From assembly GCA_903813345.2 (NCBI GenBank), contig CAIIXF020000001.1:24242001-24306000 (forward strand): 64,000 nt of DNA. The letters are read 5' to 3'. Below are positions 57,704 to 64,000 of this stretch, in pieces; position 1 is the first letter of the stretch; each line of letters starts with the position of its first letter. Both the position numbers and the translations under genes were made by a program. Source of the DNA: Owenia fusiformis. Its lineage: Eukaryota. The notes under the pieces are model-generated. The model searched no databases and was not told the origin of the DNA. It saw only the letters and a list, made by a program, of their open reading frames with translations.

Positions 57704-58775
57704 CAGGGTGGTCCAAAAAAAGTGAATCCCTGCAACAGGCTACATTTTTCTTAATACATGCATGAATTGGCTCATATTATCACATGTTGAAGAGAAGGGT
57801 CTAAAATTTTGGTTGATGCCATAATTAATTCTCAGTCTTAAATTTTGAAGAAATTACAAGCGTTTAACAAACATGCCTGGAAATGAGATATTGTACAAAA
57901 TTTTACAAATGTTATTCACGGAAATTGTTGAAACACATTGGATGATCTTAAAAAGCTTTCAGTTAGAGATACAAGTTTAAAACCCTACCATATGACAAAA
58001 GGGACACTATTAAAGTCTCATTTAACAAACATGCCTGGAAATGAGATATTGTACAAAATTTTACAAATGTTATTCACGGAAATTGTTGAAACACATTGGA
58101 TGATCTTAAAAAGCTTTCAGTTAGAGATACAAGTTTAAAACCCTACCATATGACAAAAGGGACACTATTAAAGCAGAAAACCCATTTCGCACTTTCATTG
58201 ATCATTTTGAAACACTTTTAACTGTTCAACAGTTCAGGGGTATGTTACCTCACCAACAGTTAGAGGGGGGCCCCTTATGGAAGGAAGTTGCCCCCTGTGA
58301 CCAGGAATCTGATAACCCTTTCATCAAATATCTTTAAAAAATCAAAAGAAAATTCAATTTTCAATGTTTTGAGTCCTATATCATTAGAATTGGTCCATGA
58401 TTTATGAAGATATAGACATTTCAAGATCATACAGGGGTATGTTCATGATTTCACTGGAAAATGTTTTCGTCTGTGGAAGCTTAGCACATCTCTTTGGATC
58501 GCAATTACTTTGCAACTAACAAATGTAGGATGCTAGTTTTAAGCCATAATGTGCAGGATTTAAAATTGAACAAAGTCAGAAAATATTAGTTCTTTAAACT
58601 GCAGCTTAAAAAATTCTCAAGGGAAAGGTGTTAAAGGGTTGAAGAGTTTGAAATGTATGGTACCAACATAAATTTTAGACCTTCCTCTACAACATGTGAA
58701 AATAAAAAAGAATTCCTGCAAGTAATAAGGGAAATATGGCCAGTTGCAGGGGTTCACTTTTTTTGGACCACCCTG
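57704..58775. mobile_element. Tc1-like MITE with an internal 158-bp tandem duplication
   Basis: TA|cagggtggtccaaaaaaagtgaa ... ttcacttttttggaccaccctg|TA; 57863-58020 is repeated from 58021. Confidence 0.8.
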
Positions 58776-59994
58776 TATATTTTAAGATGGTTTGGCCTAA
58801 AGGCCATACCAAAAGATTGGTTAAGGGCAAACAATTTACAAAGGGAATATATGGCCAAATATCTTGGAATATAATGATCAAAAAAGATGATACAGAAGTC
58901 AATTTTTAAAATGTACATCAAGAGAATTTCGTAAAATATTACTTGAGGAAATTGCTGAATATCCAACAGCAAAGGAAACTTTCTCAGTTAAATTTGATGT
59001 TAAAGAAGATTGGTCATTTTACTATGAACACTACCACAAAAGCCATATATATATATATTTAAGACATGAAGCGTTTCAATTAAGTTATTGAATAATATAC
59101 TGTACACAAATAGTGAATTATTTCAATATAGAATAATAATTGGAATAATTTCACCGCCAATGTGTGAATTTGTACATGTGAACATAGAGACTTGTGACCA
59201 TATCTTCTCTAATTGTGAGTATACAAAACAATTTTGGAAATCAATAATAGAAAACATTTCTAAAGATCCTACAAATTTTTCTCTGCTTACAATATTATTT
59301 GGAGACCCTCTGGGTCTGGAGTGAGTATGAAAATAGGGTCATCATTATAGCGAAATGCTATATTTATAATAAGAAACTGCAACAAGAACTATAAATTATA
59401 ACAACTTCAATTTTTGTGAAAACATGAAAACAAACGGTACGGTGGTATGAGTGAGTGGTGTGTCCTGTAAATATATGTGTAACTATTTGAATTGACTGGA
59501 GGAACTCTGTTATCTATTTCAAATAATGTCTAAAAATGGCACATTTTTTGTCACTTCCTGTTTTGTCATTTCCTGTTAAGTACCACTGCACCTTAAATAA
59601 TGATCACGTGATCACTATGAACCAATAGAAAATGATTTAAATCACTCACGTCTTCAGCTAGCGGCCAATCGTAGGACTCATACTGATTACTGCTTGGAAA
59701 TCGACTATTGGATAACTATCTGTCCCATCACATGCCTTGTACTATTTTGATCAGAAATTAACTTCCGGGAAGGAAACTTCGAAAGGGAATGAGCATTCTC
59801 TACAGGTTTGAATTGAGTTACTTCAATAGTATTACCGTTGTTTTGAAATGATGTTGAACTGATGTTAATGCCATTTCCACGATTTCAAATTTTACTTTGC
59901 GCAAACGGCACTGAGAGAGCGTGTGCTCATGATTGTTCACATGATCACATTCTGCAGTTTGATTGAACATCGTATAATGGAGAATCCCAGAATA

Positions 59995-60927
59995 CAGTAA
60001 AACCTGCGAACAGGGAATGCTCTTGGGACTGGAGGAAAGTTTCCTTGTTCAGAGGTTTTCCCTATAGAGAGGGGCCGCACTTTCAGCAAACTCAAACTTG
60101 CAGAATAAGCAATTTTGTATATATATGGGCATTGATTGATTGTACCAATGCCGACTCCATACTTGGTTGCTAGACCTTGTTGTAACATCTTGCAAGATGT
60201 ATGAAGGTCTCCCATCTCCCTCCATTGGCTGAAGGAAAGGAGCGTTCTCCCTTTGTTGATTTTAGCTACTGATGCTGGTGTCTGATGATGTCTAGTTGAT
60301 GTAATTATTGAAATGATGTGTACAGATATGTTGCTAAGAACTGATTTCAAGTTTCATCAACCCCATTTTATATCATTGATAATCTAGAAGTTTGGATCAG
60401 TAAAAGATTTGGCTCAACATGGCACATGTACATATCTAGGTGTAATCTTCAGAAAACAATTGTGTCAGTCCCTATGTAGATTATCACAACTGATTTGATG
60501 TAATTAATTTATGTTTGTTGAACGGAAAAATTAGTGTCATGATAATAAGTAACAGATTTGTATTAGTTTTAAAATATATCAGGGTAATTAACAGTGGGTG
60601 GGATGCTACATCTTGTAAACAATTGGCTTATCTTAATCTCTATCATATTAATCCAAGCTTTTTAGAATCAGATATTGGCTTAAGACTTTCACACCTCTGA
60701 AAAATAATGGAATATACAGTGTCACCAATATTCCATATTCCTTGTTCACAGGTGAATTTTCATAATTTGCCCCAAAATAGTGTTCCTTGTTCCCTGTTCA
60801 AAAGTTTTCCCTACAGAGAGGGTCCATTAACATGTAAGTCAATGGAAAAATATTTGGTTCTTTTGAAAAGCATTCATTGTTCATAGGTTTTCCCTACAGA
60901 GAGTATTCCATTGGACAGGTTTTACTG
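59995..60927. mobile_element. pogo/Tigger-like MITE
   Basis: TA|cagtaaaacctg ... caggttttactg|TA; ggttttccctayagag subterminal motifs. Confidence 0.65.
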
Positions 60928-61086
60928 TACTTTGGAATATGAAGGAATTATGGGAGCTACTCACTACTACTGCTTTGAGACTTTGGCTAGTTGGCAGCCA
61001 TTTGCATGTACGTGTGTGCAATTTTGTCGAAATCTTTTATATGCCTACTTTGAAGCATATTGCACTTTGTTATTACAATTTGGCTA

Positions 61087-61459
61087 GGGTCCATTTCACT
61101 GCTTCATTTCGTCAGTAGAATGGCAAAAATAAGAAATTGGGAGACCATTGTGCAATAATATATGGAAAAGTATTCATAATGTCTGAATGACATTTGTATA
61201 TTTCAGATTTTTTAGTTTTTTGTGCAATAAGCCTGTGCCGTCTTGTAATTTGAAGAGTTTCAGCCATGTTAATCTTATTGAAAATAACAGGGCAGAGAAA
61301 CATCCAAATATAAGAGGCCACACACTTTATAAGCCAAACTAGAAGCAATCCAAGATATACAAATGTCATTCATGTACATTATGAATATACTTGCACAATG
61401 GTCTCCCAATTTTTTATTTTTGCCGTTCTACTGACGAAATGAAGCAGTGAAGTGGACTC
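61087..61459. mobile_element. MITE with ~70-bp TIRs
   Basis: gggtccatttcactgcttcatttcgtcagtagaa...ttctactgacgaaatgaagcagtgaagtggactc, flanked by cta/tag. Confidence 0.7.
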
Positions 61460-61528
61460 TAGTGAGCATCATTTTTTTTGAAAAATGTTGGCAATTTTTA
61501 TATGTACCATTCTCAATTTTTGCCTTAA

Positions 61529-62248
61529 GGTGCAGTGGTAGTTAACAGGAAGTTACAAAGCAAAAAGTGACTAAACTCTCGAATTTTGAAAATTTTTTGA
61601 ACCAAGATAGCAGAGTTCTGTTTTGACCTCCAGTCAGTTTGATTAGTTCCACATGTCATTTACATACCCGGGATCACAATGTACATAGTCAAAATGACCC
61701 TAAACATGATGAAATAACTTTTTCAGCCTGTGAAAATGTGACTGAAAAATAGCGAACAGAATCTTTTGAATTTTTCAGAAAATGTGCCCAATATACCGCT
61801 CTAAATAATACAATTTTGAGAATTTGATGTCATTCATAGAAAAAGAAAAAAATGAAAAAAAAACTTAATTGAAAAGGGATCTATTTTCCTTTTTATGACT
61901 GCCATTTTTGTATCAGACAATTTTCTAAAATTTTCAAAGATTGTTTCATTTAGAGCAATTTATTGGGCACATTTTCTGAAAAATTCAGAAGATTTTGTTC
62001 AGTGACTTTTCCTAAGCGCCTACTTTTAGCTATTTTTCAGTCACATTTTCAGAGGGCTGAAAAGGTTATGTTTAGGGTCATTCTGACCATTTCAATTGTG
62101 TTCCTGGTCATGTAAATGATATGTGGAACTTGTTAAACTGACTGGAGGTCAAAACAGAACTCTGTTATCTTGGTTCAAAAAAATTTCAAAATCCAGCATG
62201 GTTTTAAAACTTTTTGTTTTGTCACTTCCTGTTAACTACCACCGCACC
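61529..62248. mobile_element. Fold-back Kolobok-like MITE (third copy of the family)
   Basis: TTAA|ggtgcagtggtagttaacaggaag ... cttcctgttaactaccaccgcacc|TAAA. Confidence 0.8.
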
Positions 62249-62999
62249 TAAACTAAAAACGTTGTAGAGAAAAAAATTCCTTCACTGTTAAGTCAAGGTT
62301 AAAAACATGACAGACATGAAAAAATTTGAAAGTTTGCACACTTGTAACCAAAAATCGATATAACGTATGTTGTGAAAGTTTCATGAAGAAGCAAGAGAAC
62401 AAAAGTTATATCAAAATCAGCAATACTTATTGAACATAGATACAAATACTCATACAAGATGGAGCATTCAGTCAGAAACTCTTGACTTGTACTTTTCAGC
62501 AAAGGCCAGAAAGTATTTCTTGAGAAATTGTAAGCTTGCTATGATCACTATTATTGTGCCTTGAATTCAAATCTAAATTAGAATGTACAAATTACAATGT
62601 GCGCTTTGTTCAGAGATAATGAGAAGGAAAGTGCATTCATGCTCGATTCATCTGTTTTTTCAACTTTCGAAAGGGTATACCCCATTTAGGGTTATCTAAA
62701 TTTAACAAGTCCTATCTTTGATCTTTTGCAAAAGCTTAAATCATATGAGGAGTTTGTCTTGTATAATTGATCAAAAAAGTTCTAGGATTGTACAAATGCA
62801 AGGCATCAGACCAGATAGGGCTAGATAGGTCAGATCAAATCTAGATGTATTCGATGAGATTCAAATTTTATACATCTTAGTCAAATTTGCTCGAGCCTGT
62901 GGAATTCTAGAGTGTTTTATTTTAGTGTTTGCAGCATTTCACTTACAGAGGGACTGAAGTCATAGTTGCTACATACATACCTGGAAGCTCTCAGTTGAA

Positions 63000-64000
63000 A
63001 CATCTTAAGGGCATTCATTTGGTGTCTGAAACAGCGGTCCCACTCTATGCTGGACAAATTTGAAGGTAGCCACTTTAATTTTCCAATTCAAAATCATGTC
63101 TGAAGTCTTGTTTGCATATTTCCAGACAAACCCTTTGATAACTTGATATAAAATTGCATGGGTCTTTCTTGGTATGAAAATAACAATGAGCATAGATCAT
63201 TGGGGCAACTTTAGGAAATTGTAAAAATAAAAGGTATAAGAAATATATTGTTAAATGTTATTCCTTGTATGTTTCAGGTAAAACCATCTCGGTGGGATAA
63301 CATGCAGATTAGCCTGTACAAACACTTTATAAACATGGTTTACAGCTTTGGTTCTACAAATTATAGAGGACAACAACCTGACCCAGAGGTTCAGTCACCA
63401 ACAAGCCTCGATAACCCAGTCGTTTCCCTGAACATAAGTACACCAAGCACAGGTACAGCACTTTATTACCTCTGTTCAAACCTATAAAGAAATAAACGCA
63501 GTCGATTTTTGGAAAAAAAGTAGTAATTTTCTTCACATGTTTAAGTTTCTTTCATAAATGTGCAAGGTAAGTGATGCTAGATGAGTAGAATGAAATATTA
63601 GTATGAATCTACAATACCAGTGTGAAATCTTAATTTTGAGTTCAGGTAAGTGATATCATCAGCCGCATTATCTTAGCCAAAGTAACGAGCATCCTCAAAT
63701 TGGAGTTCAATAGCTGTCAGTGCACAGACTACTACAGACTGTGAGACAGTTGTGTGGTTTGTATTTTTGAGAAATTTGGTATCCGCAAGAAACAAATTTA
63801 TGTCATTATTTTCATCCACTTTGTTGATGGGAGCTAAGAGAATATTCAGCACAAACTTCCCCATATCATCATATCATATCATCGAATCAGATTGTAACTG
63901 ATCAGCAGAGGGTGTGGGATCTCCGTTGGTTTCCCATGTATTTAGGAATTGTGTGACAGCTTGGTGGTCCCTTTTTCTTGAGGTATGTTTGCCTCATAAC
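63000..64000 (-). pseudogene. Degenerate hAT-type transposase remnant (CGGBP1-related group, tentative)
   Basis: DDMGKFVLNILLAP..LFLADTKFLKNTNHTTVSQSVV..FEDARYFG*DNAA resembles the hAT segment D..GRYVLNIL..TNHSTV..FVTDNAAYM; in-frame stops present; left boundary uncertain. Confidence 0.45.

Larger units (their letters stand above)
53494..59460 (+). mobile_element. Degenerate L1/Tx1-clade LINE ORF2, split by two Tc1-like insertions
   Basis: KLSIYADDMTLFVRDKGS at ~53530-53586 resumes in frame as ILQSMKVLDNYK after 56947; continues as LWQSRNLTILGKIQIVKTFGLSK (57163), PNT|YILRWFGLKAIPKDW across 57704-58775, and CEFVHVNIETCDHIFSNC (~59160). Confidence 0.8.
50869..59592. mobile_element. Kolobok-like MITE expanded to 8.7 kb by nested insertions
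   Basis: TTAA|ggtgcagtggtacttaacag ... ctgttaagtaccactgcacc|TTAA; arms match the 43953-44708 family. Confidence 0.75.

Overview
AT-rich, intron-containing animal genomic DNA, probably a lophotrochozoan such as a mollusc (inference from repeat types and gene content). Three host genes can be assembled by hand. (1) A large minus-strand gene (30840->4062, 3' end beyond the window's left edge) with at least 30 exons and at least 1753 codons: signal peptide - PAN/apple - EGF - 2x TSP1 - group A SRCR - at least 25x TSP1, mostly built from symmetric phase 1-1, 165-nt exons. (2) NDUFA7 (minus, 4 exons, 120 aa). (3) RPS28 (plus, 3 coding exons, 68 aa). NDUFA7 and RPS28 lie head-to-head with ATGs 260 bp apart, as in vertebrates. 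Most of the rest is transposon-derived: an apparently intact CACTA/EnSpm transposase exon with the element's right end; Helentron-type (HINE) elements carrying tandem arrays; a chain of TTAA-targeting fold-back elements in RPS28 intron 2; a CAC-ended element with a 5-bp TSD (Transib-like); AcademH-, Merlin- and Tc1-like MITEs; L1/Tx1 and CR1-like LINE fragments; and an 8.7-kb multi-level TE nest. All calls are from manual reading; no database searches were run.
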